Shown: piece after piece, positions 50,988 to 63,310 of the stretch
Layout: every line of letters begins with the position of its first letter
Numbering within the stretch: the stretch's first letter is position 1
Source: Leucoraja ocellata
Lineage: Eukaryota
Reading direction: 5' to 3'
Length of the DNA stretch: 64,000 nt
Assembly: GCA_036785375.1 (NCBI GenBank)
Contig: JAWMAR010000070.1
Coordinates: forward strand, 4,712,001 to 4,776,000
Notes under the pieces: model-generated
Databases searched by the model: none
Told to the model about the DNA's origin: nothing
What the model saw: the letters and a program-made list of their open reading frames with translations, nothing else
Position numbers and translations under genes: made by a program

Positions 50988-51503
50988 ACATGAACGATGT
51001 GGAGGTTTGCAAACATCTAAAGCTGAATGGAGACAGAAGGAACTGCAGATGCTGGAATCTTGAATAAGATGAAAAGTGCTGGAGCAACTCAGCAGGTCAG
51101 GCAGCAACTGAGGATAGACAATGGATAGACAATGTTTTGGGTCAAGACTGCAGTTTTGGGGTTCCACGTGTCTCCTGACCCACTGAGTTACTATGGTAAC
51201 TTACTCTCAATTCCAGCATCTGCAGTTCTTTGTGTCTCAATCTTAAGCAGGGTCCCAACCTGAAACATCGCCAATTCATTCCTTCCACAGATGCAGCTTG
51301 GCCCATTGAGTTACTCCAGCACTTTGTGCTTTACTAAAGCTGATCTTGACCCAAAACATTGTCTATCCATTGTCTATCCTCAGTTGCTGCCTGACCTGCT
51401 GAGTTGCTCCAGCACTTTTCATCTTATTCAAGATTCCAGCATCTGCAGTTCCTTCTGTCTCCCTTCAGCTTTAGCAGTTTGCAAACCTCCACATCGTTCA
51501 TGT
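50988..51503. repeat. Near-perfect 160-bp inverted duplication (50988-51147 / 51344-51503)
   Basis: The arms are reverse complements, including non-repeat flank; the ORF track gives the same peptide on opposite strands. Confidence 0.9.
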
Positions 51504-51574
51504 CCCCATGTGACTTGTGTATGTACCTGGTGTTGGGTATATAGTTAGTGTCTGGGGGTCTGCATCCCGCAAAC

Positions 51575-52200
51575 ATCAGTGGTTTTAGCAACAGATGCTA
51601 GCAATGCTAGCATTTATTTCAAGAAGGCTAGAATACAAAGACAGAGATATAATGCTGAGGCTCTATAAGGCGCTGGTAAGGCCGTTTTTGGAGCATGGTG
51701 AGTAATTTCGGGCACCGTATCTGAGGACGGATGTGCTGACTCTGGAGAGGGTCCAGAGGAGGTTTACAAGAATTATCCCAGGAATGAGTGAGTTATGAAT
51801 GAGCGTTTGACAGCGTTGGGCCTGTACTCGCAAGAGTTTAGAAGAATGAGGGGGTATCGCATTGAAACATACAAAATAATGAAAGGCTTGGATAGAGTGG
51901 ATGTGGAGAGGATGTTTCCACTAGTGGGAGAGTCTAGGACTAGAGGTAATTGCCTCAGAAATAAAGGACGTTCTTTTAGGAAGGAGATGAGGAGGAATTT
52001 CTTTAGTCCGTGGAGGACGTCAATGGATATTTTTAAGGCAGAATTAGATAGATAGATTCTTGATTAGTACGGGTGTCGGGGGTTATGGGGAGAAGGCAGG
52101 AGAATGGGGTTAGGAGGGTGAGATAGATCAGCCAGGATTTAACGGCGGAGTCGACTTTATGGGCCGAATGGCCTAATTCTGCTCCTGTCATTTATGACAT
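51575..52200 (+). mobile_element. CR1-clade LINE 3' fragment
   Basis: ERLTALGLYS.EFRRMRG..IETYKIMKGLDRVD; typical 3' tail. Confidence 0.88.
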
Positions 52201-52302
52201 GATCTAACAGAAATGGGAATAGAAAATTGAAAACCGTAAGAAACAACAAGTATGAAAATTGGCTTGGGATAATTAACTTTTGCTTTTATTTTATTCCCAC
52301 AG

Positions 52303-52406
52303 TTCCGTAAATATATCCATTCTTCTGGGAAGCATATTTGGAGTTTTGATTGTTTTGATTGTTACTGCTGTTTTTGTCATAAAATGCAGGAAATATTCCG
52401 CAGCGG
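52303..52406 (+). CDS. Gene C exon 4, uncharged TM (SSVNISILLGSIFGVLIVLIVTAVFVIKCRKYSAA)
   Basis: TTTTATTCCCACAG acceptor, CGG|GTAAGT donor, phase 2-1. Confidence 0.88.
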
Positions 52407-52766
52407 GTAAGTGACGCAACTTTAAACATTCCATTAGTACATGAGAAAACTTTCTACATCCAGTGGATGAGCTGAAGAGGGAAATGTGGAATTCTCCAGA
52501 AATCTCTCCCATTCCTTCAGTTCTAACCCTACAATAGTCGAGAGTGTTTTATTGTCATATGTCCCAGATAGAACAATGAAATTCTTACTGCAGCACAACA
52601 GAATATGTATTCATAATAAATAATATAACAAAAACTCAGAAAAAAACCCCCAACAATAACAGTGCAATAATAATAATAATAGTCTATTGTAGTTCAGAGT
52701 GTATGAGGTTGTAGTGTTTAATAGCCTGATGGCTGCAGGGAAGAAGCTGTTCCTGAACCTGGACGT

Positions 52767-52767
<1 letters not shown>

Positions 52768-52798
<31 letters not shown>

Positions 52799-53745
52799 AT
52801 TTTATTTTTGGGCGCCTTTCAGAAATCTCAAGGACACCTCACAGAGATTAACAGGAATAAAAAACGTATAATCAGAATAAAATAAATAATAAAGACATCA
52901 CAGAAACACAAATTAAAAACAGAATTCAATCCAAAAACAAAAAATCAAAAACACAATGTGAAAAAGAGAGCAGTGGCAGCTAACGCGCGCCAGCGTCCAC
53001 TCTCCCTTCCGACAGCCATCTTGGACAAAGACTAACAGGATTACTTACAGACAACAAAAAAATCATCCCCTCACAATGGATACCACTGTGGGGGAAGGCA
53101 CAATGTCCAGTCCCCAACCCCAAGTTCACCCAAAGTCAGGCCTATTGAGGCCACCGCAATTGCCTCTACGGAGGCCCGATGTTCCTGGCCGTTCTCACCA
53201 GGTGATCTTGCCCCAGCGTTGGGAGAGTTCTCTCAGCGGCTGGGCCACTTGGAATGGCCGCTTCCTAGCTGGAGACCGCGGCTTCCGAAGCCGACAAGGC
53301 CGCGCCGGCCTGGAGCTCCCAGGCTCCCGATGTTGAAATCGGCGCCGCCCGCTCCGCTCTGCAGACCCGCAGCCCGGAGGTGTCGAACACGGCGGACACA
53401 GCTCACCGGAGCTCCAGCACGGCGACCCAGGCAAGGCATCGCCCGCTCCGCGACAGCGCCCCAGCGCTGCGCCACCACAGAGGCCGAGGTGCTGGGCGGT
53501 CTCCGCCAGGAAACGGCGCTCCAAGCCTGCTGGTAGGCCACGAGGACGGTCGACGGGCAGCCCGGAGAAAAAGCTGCCTCATCGACCAGGTAGGGACCTA
53601 GAAGTAAAATTGCCTCAAACCCCCCACATTAAGAAGTCAATTTCTCCAACGGACGAAACACAGGACTTACTAAAAACCTTTTTTAAAAAAAGCAAAGTAA
53701 ACGGACGGCTGCTGGTTAGCAGCCGCTCCCCAAGATGGCTCCTCA
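52768..53745 (-). mobile_element. GC-rich non-autonomous retroelement (family copy) with a third tail type
   Basis: Same body; the minus-strand tail reads GAGGTGTCCTTGAG...GAAAGGCGCCC-AAATAAAATG(TAT)n. Confidence 0.7.
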
Positions 53746-55027
53746 CATTCCCAAGTTCTAGTTATAGTTCTCAGGCTCCTGTACCTTCTTCCTGATGGCA
53801 GTGGTGAGATGGCCAGGATGGTGTGGGTCTTTGATGTAGTTGGCTGTCTTTTTGATGACGATAGATCAGACGATAGTGCCCTGGCGAGGAAAAGACTACA
53901 AAAAGTAGGAAACACTGCCCAGTCCATCATCGGCTCTGACCTCCCTGCCATCGAGGGGATCTATCGCAGTCGGTGCCTCAAAAAGGCTGGCAGTATCATC
54001 AAGGACCCACACCATCCTGGCCACACACTCATCTCCCTGATACCTACAGGTAGAAGGTACAGGAGCATGAAGACTGCAACAACCAGGTTCATGAATAGCT
54101 ACTTCCGCACAGCAATCAGGCTATTAAACCTGGCTCGGACATAACTCTGAACATTAATAGCCCATTATCTGTTATTTGCACTTGATCAGTTTATTCATTC
54201 ATGTGTGTATATATTTATATAATGGTATATGGACACACTTGTAGTCAATGCCTACTATGTTCTGTTGTGCTGAAGCAAAGCAAGAATTTAATTGTCCTAT
54301 CAGGGACACATGACAATAAACTCACTTGAACTTGAACTAGATTCCTTTGATGGTGAGCAACTCCAAGCAAATTCACACCCCTGTGTACAGTTGCAAATTT
54401 GATTTGAAGGGACCACAAAAATACTCCAGGAACATTTACATCAAAAAGATACAAAATAAAGCTCCATCCATCCATGTGCTTGTGAGGTATACCTGAATTA
54501 TCAAAATTATATATTATGTATTAACAAAATCCTAATTCCACTTCTAAAAATAGATGCTAAAACAAAGGAAAAGAAACAGAAAAAGAGCACACTATCAAAC
54601 ATTACTTTGGAGTTGTTTAAAATGTGGAAAAAATGGCAACAAATGGGATTTTTAGTTTAGTTTACAGATACGACATGGTACACCAAATCCATACCGACTA
54701 TTGATCACTCACTCACGCTAGTTCTACATTATCCCACATTTACGTCCATTCCCTACACACCAGGGGCAATTTTACAAAGGCCAAATATCATAAAAGCTTT
54801 TTATTGTACCTCGGCACATGTGGCAGTAAACCAAACTTAAGAAACTAAACTCGACTACAAACACCGCATGTTTTTTGGGATAGACAATAGGTGCAGGAGT
54901 AGGCCATTCAGCCCTTTAAGCCAGCACCACCATTCACTGTGATCATGGTTGATCATCCACAATCAGTACCCCGTTCCTGCCTTCTCCCCATATCCCTTGT
55001 CTCCGCTATCTTTAAGAGCTCTATCTA

Positions 55028-55301
55028 AGGGTCGATTTTCTCGCCGACTGCCGGCATCATTGACTGACATATCAGGTCACAGAAAAATACGCGGCATGAT
55101 GATGTATGACACGGTGATGATGCGGTGTGATGACATATGACACGGTGGTGACTCGGCGTGATGGCATATGACGCGCGCTGTTTTTTCAAGTGTCGCAACA
55201 TTTTTTTTGTCGCCGCTGGATTTTGAAATGTTCTAAATCTTTTGGCGACCCTGATATGACGCCGGCAGTCGGCGAAAAAATCGCCAAGTGGGACAGGCCC
55301 T
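55028..55301. mobile_element. MITE family 2 inserted at TA in a CR1 tail (left TIR partly deleted)
   Basis: Host sequence CTATC-TA-ACTCTC is split as CTATCTA|AGGG...GGCCCT|TAACTCTC. Confidence 0.8.
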
Positions 55302-55825
55302 TAACTCTCTCTTGAAAGCCTCCAGAGAATTGGCCTCCGCTGCCTCCTGAAGCAGAGATTCCACAGATTCACAACTCTCTGGGTTAAAACATTTTTCCTC
55401 ATCTCCATTCTAAATGGCCTACCCCTTATATTTAAAATGTGGCCCCTGGTTCTGGACTCCTCCAACATCTGGAACATGTTTCCTGCCTCTAGTGTGTCCA
55501 ATCCCTTAATAATCTTCCATGTTTCAATAAGATACCCTCTCATCCTTCTAAAGTTTAGGGAGGAAACGGGAGCACCCGGAGAAAACCCACACGGTCACGG
55601 GGAAAACATGCAAACTGATGTGTTAACACTCAGATTATTTGTGTTTTCAATAAAATTAGGACATGGATCATGTGGGGCAAATAGTAATCAATTCACCTTG
55701 GCTAACGACCTCATATATCCTCAAGCCAAGTTAAGAGTATTTCATTATCAAATATATTGAAAACAGAACAATGAAATTCTCGCATGCAGCAGCTTAACAG
55801 ACCCTTCAGAGAGAACAGGGAAAGC

Positions 55826-55980
55826 CTAAGTTACTTGTCTCATCCGACAGCATCTCCAACAATAATTCAGTGCTTGAGTTCCACGCTGAATGGTTAGACA
55901 CGATCTTTGTGTTCGACTCATATGGCAGTGGGATTTGAACCCCCCCAACCTCTGGCTCACAGTGTCACCAGCTGACACCT
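55826..55980 (+). mobile_element. Ancient Deu-domain SINE relic (SacSINE1/AmnSINE1-like); others at about 32930-33020 and 61950-62235
   Basis: GTCTCATCCGACAGCATCTCC...GTGGGATTTGAACCC...AACCTCTGGCTCA resembles the Deu-SINE 3' region as I recall it. Confidence 0.45.
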
Positions 55981-56991
55981 GCAGGAATCTATGGAGAGGC
56001 TGCACTCGAGACGAACAATGAATAAGAATATGCCCTGACACTACAGACTCGAATCGAGCAATAGACAGAGAACAATATACAATGCTGTACATACAAGACA
56101 CAAGTATGCACAAGGACAGTAACATAACGTTCCAATCATAGGAGTGATAAAATAGGTCCTGTGTGTGTGACATTCATTCAAGTCCATCCTCCATCACCAC
56201 AGTATGGTTCAATTATTCATTTACTGAATTATTAAATCAGTACCAAGAGCAAGAGGAGCCATTTTGGTGTTTTCAGGTGGATTAAAGACAGGCTGACATT
56301 TAAAAAAAAATAGCAATCCTACAGTGACACATGATGTGCTTGGATGTGTTTTAAAGGGACATCTTCTGAGATATAATGTTTTCTTGCTGTTTAGTTTAGT
56401 TTAGAGATACAGCGTAGAAACAGGCCCATAAGCCCACCGAGTCCAACCAGCGTACACTAGTTCTATCCCACACACAAGGGACAATTTACAGAAGTCAATT
56501 AACCTACAAACATGCACATCTTTGGAGTTTGGTTTAGTTTAGTTTAATTTAGTTTAGTTTGGAGATACAGCGTCGAAACAGGCCCTTTCGTCCCACCGAG
56601 TCCTCACCAACCAGCGACCACCCCCTACACTAGTTCTATCCTACACACAAGGGACAATTTCCAGAAGCCAATTAACGTACAAACCTGCACGTCTTTGGAG
56701 TGTGGCAGGAAACCAGAGCACCCGGAGAAAATCCACGCAGGTCACGGGCAGAACGTGCTAACTCCGTACAGACAGCACCCGTAATGAGGATTGAACCCGT
56801 GTCTCCGGCGCTGTAAAGCAGCAACTCTACCACTGCACCACTGTGCTGCTTTAAAGTAATAAATTACCTTTCAGTCGACTTGCTTATTGCAAATGTCAAA
56901 ACACACTGCAGACAACTATTCATTAAAATATGTACTGCAACGGATTAATTTGTAGGCATATTACTGCAATCTATTTCTTTATCATCCTTAG

Positions 56992-57047
56992 GGAAGAAAG
57001 GAATTGGTCACAAAGAGGAAGAATATAATGCTGTCTGCAATTCTGTG
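56992..57047 (+). CDS. Gene C exon 5, cytoplasmic (GKKGIGHKEEEYNAVCNSV)
   Basis: CATCCTTAG acceptor, GTG|GTAAGG donor; 56 nt, phase 1-0, with xKK...NS[MV] ends matching gene B exon 5. Confidence 0.8.
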
Positions 57048-59124
57048 GTAAGGAATTCTCATCTGATGTCTGTCTGATCATTAATAGAATGTGTCTCTAT
57101 GCTATCGCTTGGATATTTATTTATGCGGTGTATTCTATACAATATTGTTCCACATAATCCACTAAACGCCAAGTACAATCTGGGCGCATGTGAGTGCCCA
57201 AGGGTTATGGGGATCAGATGGAGTTGGTGTATAAGATTAAAAATACAGATCACAGAACAGTACAGCACAGGAACAGGCCCTTCGGCCCACAATGTCTGCA
57301 GTTTAGTTTAGTTTATTTTAAAGATACAGTGTAGAAACAGGCACTTCGGCCCACCGAGTCCGCGCCGACCAGCAATCCCCGCACACTTACACTATCCGAC
57401 ACACACCAGGGACAATTTACAATTTCACGAAGCCCATTAGCGTACAAACCTGTACGACTGTGGAGTGCTGGAGGAAACCGTAGCTCCCAGAGATAACCCA
57501 CGCAGGTCACAGGGAGAACGTACAAACTCCATACAGACAGCACCCGTAGTCAGGATCGAACCCGGGTCATAGGCACTGTAAGGCAGCAAATCTACCGCTG
57601 CGCCACCGTGCCGCCCCTGTGCTGACAATGATAGTGAGACTAACCCCTTTCTGCCCGCACATAATCAGTATCCCTGCATATCCATGTGCTTGTCCAAGTG
57701 TCTCTTAAATGCCACTTTCATAATCTGCCTCCACCACCATCACACACAGCTGTGCAAACCAGTCACCCACCACCCTCTATGTGTAAAAAAAAAAGTAAAC
57801 TTGGGCCTTACATGTCCTTTAAACATTGCCCCAAACACCTTAAAGCTATGCTCTCCAGTCTGGGGAAAAAGGTTTCTGGCTGTCTCCCCTCTCAATGCCG
57901 CTCATAGTTTTATATAGGTCTCCCCTCAACCTTCGGCATTCCAGAGAACACATGGCAGATCTGTCGTAAAGAGGCAGATCATCTCCTTAGCTTCTACTTG
58001 TTGTTATCTTATGATGAGCATGGTTCAGTTACAACATGTGACAGGGTCATCTTCATATATTCACATTATAACAGAAGTACAATATAGTCCTGTTTTAATC
58101 TAAATATATGCACAGAGTCTCTTGCCCAGAGTGGGTGAATTTGTGGCCCAGAGGACATAGGTTTAAGGTGATGGGAATCTGAGGGGTAACTATTGAAGTA
58201 GACTATTATTATTATTGCACTATATTTGTTTATTTATTGAGTGTGTGTGTATGTGTGTATATATACATACTGAAGTTTTTTTTTTCTCCCATTATGTACT
58301 ATGTTTCCATATTCTGTTGTGCTGCAGCAAGTAAGAATTTCATTGTCCTATCTGGGACATATGACAATAAAACACTCTTGACTCGTGAACTTTTTTAAAC
58401 GACATGTCGGCTGGTGTGGACAAACTGGGCTGAAGAGCCTGTTTCCACACTGTATCACACTATGACTATATAAAGATGGCTCGTTGGCAAATTGTAACTG
58501 AACCATGCTAATCATTTAAAAAAAAAACATAAAGTACAATATCGTCCTTCAGCTAACCCATTTCATTTATTGTTCCAATTAAATCAATAGACAATAGGTG
58601 CAGGAGTAGGCCATTCGGCCCTTCGAGCCAGCACCGCCATTCAATGTGATCATGGCTGATCATCCCCAATTAGTACCCCGTTCCTGCCTCCTCCCCATAT
58701 CCCCTGACTTCGCTATTTTTAAGAGCCCTATCTAGCTCTCTCTTGAAAGCATCCAGAGAACCTGCCTCTACCACCCTCTGAGGCAGAGAATTCCACAGAC
58801 TCCGTTACGTCTCCGTTCTAAATGGCTTACTCCTTATTCTTGAACTGTGGCCCCTGGTTCTGGACTCCCCGAACATCGGGAACATGTTTCCTGCCTCTAG
58901 CGTGTCCAAGCCCTTAACAATCTTATATGTTTCAATGAGATACCCTCTCATCCTTCTAAACTCCACAGTGTACAAGCCCATGATTATAACAAGAATTAAA
59001 AGAGAGCCATATTCAGCATTCTGTGGTGGAATCAATAATCAATAAAAGATTTAAATTTGTTTTGGCTTAAAGATCGACGGATGACATACTGTTTAACAAT
59101 AACATTTTGACCTTCTTTTGAAAG

Positions 59125-59262
59125 TCTTCCAGAGATGACGAAGAAGGTAAATTAAGTGACACGACCACGGATAAATCCAGCACTCAGACACAAGAAACCT
59201 TCCGCGATATTCATCAGACACCAGACCACGAAGAGAAGGAGAATCTCTCATGCCAGAATTGA
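59125..59262 (+). CDS. Gene C putative terminal exon (SSRDDEEGKLSDTTTDKSSTQTQETFRDIHQTPDHEEKENLSCQN*)
   Basis: CCTTCTTTTGAAAG acceptor, open phase-0 frame in unique sequence, loose similarity to gene B exon 6. An alternative AG at 59131-59132 and a possible donor after 59146 leave the boundaries uncertain. Confidence 0.6.
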   Translation, partial: SSRDDEEGKLSDTTTDKSSTQTQETFRDIHQTPDHEEKENLSCQN

Positions 59263-59643
59263 TCCGTTCTCAACAATTGGATTATAATTATAGTGTATCT
59301 GCTTTCAACACTTCAAACTTGTACGTTAACTTTAATGGGTCCTTTCAACTCAGTTATTAGCTTCATTTCTACAGCCTGGCATTGAATCAGAGTCTATATG
59401 TTATTTAGATTTAGTTTTAGACTAGGGATACAGAGCGGAAACAGGCCCTTCGGTCCACCGAGTCTGCACAGACCAAAGATCACCTGTACACAGGTTCTAT
59501 CCTGCAGACTAGGGACAATTTACGGAAGCCAATTAAAGTGAACAATGACCAATGATCCTGCGTACACTTGCACTATCCTACACGCCAAGGACAAGTTACA
59601 GAAGCCAATCAACCTACAAACAAGCCACCTGTCCCGCTGAGTA

Positions 59644-59873
59644 ATGCCCCTGTCCCACTTAGGAAACCTGAACGGAAACCTCAGGAGACTTTGCGCCCCA
59701 CCCAAGGTTTCCGTGCGGTTCCCGGAGGTTTTTGTCACTCTCCCTACCTGCTTCCACTACCTGCAACCTCCGGCAACCACCTGCAACCTCCGGGAACTGC
59801 ACGGAAACCTTGGGTGGGGCGCAAAGTCTCCAGAGGTTTATGTTCAGGACTCCTCTAAGTGGGACAGTGGCAT
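59644..59873. mobile_element. Palindromic MITE, family 1, flanked by TA
   Basis: GTA|ATGCCCCTGTCCCACTT ... AAGTGGGACAGTGGCAT|TA. Confidence 0.85.
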
Positions 59874-62695
59874 TACTCTTATCATTTTGCGTCTATATTC
59901 GGGGTAAACCAGCATCTGCAGTTCCTTCCTGCGCATCTTTGGAATGTGGGAAGAAGCCAGAGCACCTGGAGAAAACCTATGTGGTCACAGAAAGATCATA
60001 CAGACGGCAACCGTAGTCAGGATTGAACCTGGGTCTCTGGCGTTGTGAGGCAGCAACTCGACCGCTGCGCTACTATGCCACCCTAATGTCAGTGTTGTAA
60101 ACAGATAAATGCCTCACATTAGTGTACTGCGACACTACTTGAGTAGAAGGGGTAACTCTGCACTAAACCAGAGTGAGGGTTAACTTCTCGATTCACCCTC
60201 AGACACAGACCCAATGCCTTGGTTTTACAGAGGAAATGCCTTCAAATCCTTTCATGAAGTTCTTTTCCAAAATAATTTCCATGCACATAGAGTGACACAG
60301 TGTGGAAACGGGCCCTTCAGCCCAACTTGCCCACACCAGCCAACTTGTCCCTGGCCAGCTACACTAGTCCCACCAGGCCCATATCCCTTGAAACCTGTCC
60401 TATCCAAGTACCCTATCTAACTGTTTCTGAAACGTCAGGATAGTCCCTACCTCAACTACCTCCTCTGGCAGTTTGTTCCATATATCCACCATCCTTGGTG
60501 TGAAAAAGTTACCCCTCAAGATTCCTATTGAATCTTTTCCCCTTCACATTACACCTATGTCCTCTGGTCCTCGATTCCCCTACTCTGGGCAAGAGACTAC
60601 GTGCATCTACCCGATCTATCCCTCTCGTAATTTTATACATTTCTATGAGATCACCCCTCATCCTCCTGCGCTCCAAGGAATAGAATCCCAGCCTACTCAA
60701 CCTCTCCTTATAGCTCAGACCATGTAATCCTGGCAACATCCTCATAAATCTTCTCTGTACCCTTTCTAGCTAGACAACATCTTTCCTATAACACGATGCT
60801 TTTGAAAAACCCATCTGGTTATTATATCAATTGATCACTAATTTACTGTTCTCGCCTCCAATGACAAGAGCAGCTTAGGTTAACCAATAAAATATGTTTG
60901 TTAAACTTTTAAACAAAACCAGTTCTGCTCTTTGGCATCATTCTTTCCTAAAAGCAAGTGATTATGCAACGCTTACACAATACTTGGGGTGCTGTGTCTG
61001 GTAATATGATTCATGTAGCTATTTATTGTAGATCAGTGCTAGTTTCGATGGAGGAACAGGCAAGGATAACATGTGGGGTATGAGAAATATAAACAGAAAC
61101 ATAGAAAATAGGTGCAGGAGGAGGCCATGCGGCACTTTGAGCCAGCACCGTCATTCATTGTGACCATAGCTGATTGTCCCCAATCAATAACCCGTGCCTG
61201 CCTTGTCTCCATATCCCTTGATTCCACCAGCCCCGAGAGCTCTATCTAACTCTCTCTTCAATCCATCCTGTGACTTGGCCTCCACTGCCCTCTGTGGCAG
61301 GAAATTCCACAAATTCACAACTCTCTGGGCGAAAACATTTTTTCTCACCTCAGTCTTAAATGGCCTCCCCTTTATTCCAAAACTGTTGCCCCTGGTTCTG
61401 GACTAGCCAACATTGGGAACTATTTTCCTGCATCTAGCTTTTCCAGTCCTTTTATAATTTTATATGTTTCTATAAGATCCCCTAAACTCCAGCGAATACA
61501 AACCGAGTCTTTTCAATCTTTCCACATATGACAGTCCCGCCATCCCAGGGATCAATCTCGTTTGGTTAATTAGTTTGGTTTAGAGATACCGCATGGAAAC
61601 TGGACTATTGATCCACCGAGTCCACGCCGACCACTGATCACCTGTACACACACTAATTCTGTTATCCCACTTTCTCAATCATTCCCTACATATTTGCGAC
61701 AAAATTTTCAGAGGTATTTAACCTACAAACTTGCATGGATTGGGGATGTGGAAGGAAGCCGGAGCACAAGGAGGAAACCCATGAGGTCACAGGGAGAACG
61801 TTCAAACTCCACACAGACAGCACCCGTAGTGGGGATCGAACCCGGGTCTCTGGCGCTGTGAGGCAGCAGCAAACCGCTGCACCACCGTGCCGCCCTGAAG
61901 AGAGAGAGCAGGCTTGTGAGAGCAGACAGCAGAGCAGCAGGCCAGCTAAATGCCTCATCAGAGTGACAGCACCTTCAGCTACTTTAGACACAGTGCATAG
62001 GACAAACAGAATCAAGGGATATGGGGAGAGAGCAGGAACTGGGTACTGATTTAGGTTGATCTGCCACGATCATATTGAATGGTTCAAAGGGCCGAATGGC
62101 CTACTCCAGCGCCTATTTTCTATGTTTCCATAGCAGAGCTCCCTCGGTACAACACTCCCTCCGTGCTCGGCATTCTGGAGTGGGAACTGAACCAACATCT
62201 CTCTAACTCACTCAATAGTTTTCACCCACTGAGCTTGCACTGCAGGACCCAACACTGGGCCTTGATGTGGCTCAGTTAGCGTGGTAAAGTCACACAGGAC
62301 TCCTGCTAGAAACAGCGTGGGAAATGTTGAACTTAGACCACAGGTCTCACATTGAAAACCATGTGAAACCCAACCGCTTCTGAAATGAGGAAGCACCGCG
62401 ATGACTTTTCATGTTTGCATTCAAGGAATCTGTGGCAACCTCTTTAGTTTAGCCTATTATAGTCACGTGTACAGAGGTGCAGTGAAAAGCTTTTCTGATG
62501 TATTATATCCAGTCAATGAAAACACTATATACGATTACAATCAAGCCATCCACAGGATACAGGTACAGGATAATCCGACCTCTACAATGTAATCTCACAG
62601 AGGCTGATGGGTACATGGAGGGAGCATGTCCAGAGAAGGTAGTGTAGACAGGTACTAGTAACAACATTGAAAAGCATAAGGACATGGTACGTGGA

Positions 62696-63310
62696 TAGAA
62701 ACATAGAAATTAGGTGCAGGAGTAGGCCCTTCGAGCCTGCACCGCCATTCAATATGATCATGGCTGATCATCCAACTCAGTATCCCGTACCTGCCTTCTC
62801 TCCATACCCCCTGATCCCCTTACCCACAAGGGCCACATCTAACTCCTTCTTAAATATAGCCAATGAACTGGCCTCAACTACCCTCTGTGGCAGAGAGTTC
62901 CAGAGATTCACCACTCTCTGTGTGAAAAAAGTTCTTCTCATCTCGGTTTTAAAGGATTTCCCCCTTATCCTTAAGCTGTGACCCCTTGTCCTGGACTTCC
63001 CCAACATCGGGAACAATCTTCCTGCATCTAGCCTGTCCAACCCCTTAAGAATTTTGTAAGTTTCTATAAGATCCCCCCTCAATCTTCTGAATTCTAGCGA
63101 GTACAAGCCGAGTCTATCCAGGCTTTCTTCATATGAAAGTCCTGACATCCCAGGAATCAGTCTGTTGAACCTTCTCTGTACTCCCTCTATGACAAGAATG
63201 TCTTTCCTCAGATTTGAAGACCAAAACAGTACACAATACTCCAGGTGTGGTCTCGCCAGTACCCTGTAGAACTGCAGTAGAACCTCCCTGCTCCTATACT
63301 CAAATCCTTT
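62696..63310 (-). mobile_element. CR1-clade LINE 3' fragment (further minus-strand copies at about 27690-28260, 34350-34810, 54880-55555, 58586-58980, 60290-60795, 61095-61560 and 63855-64000)
   Basis: ORF 62777-63148 GLSYEE.LDRLGLYSLEFRRLRGDLIETYK...; TAGAAACA-repeat tail. Confidence 0.9.
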
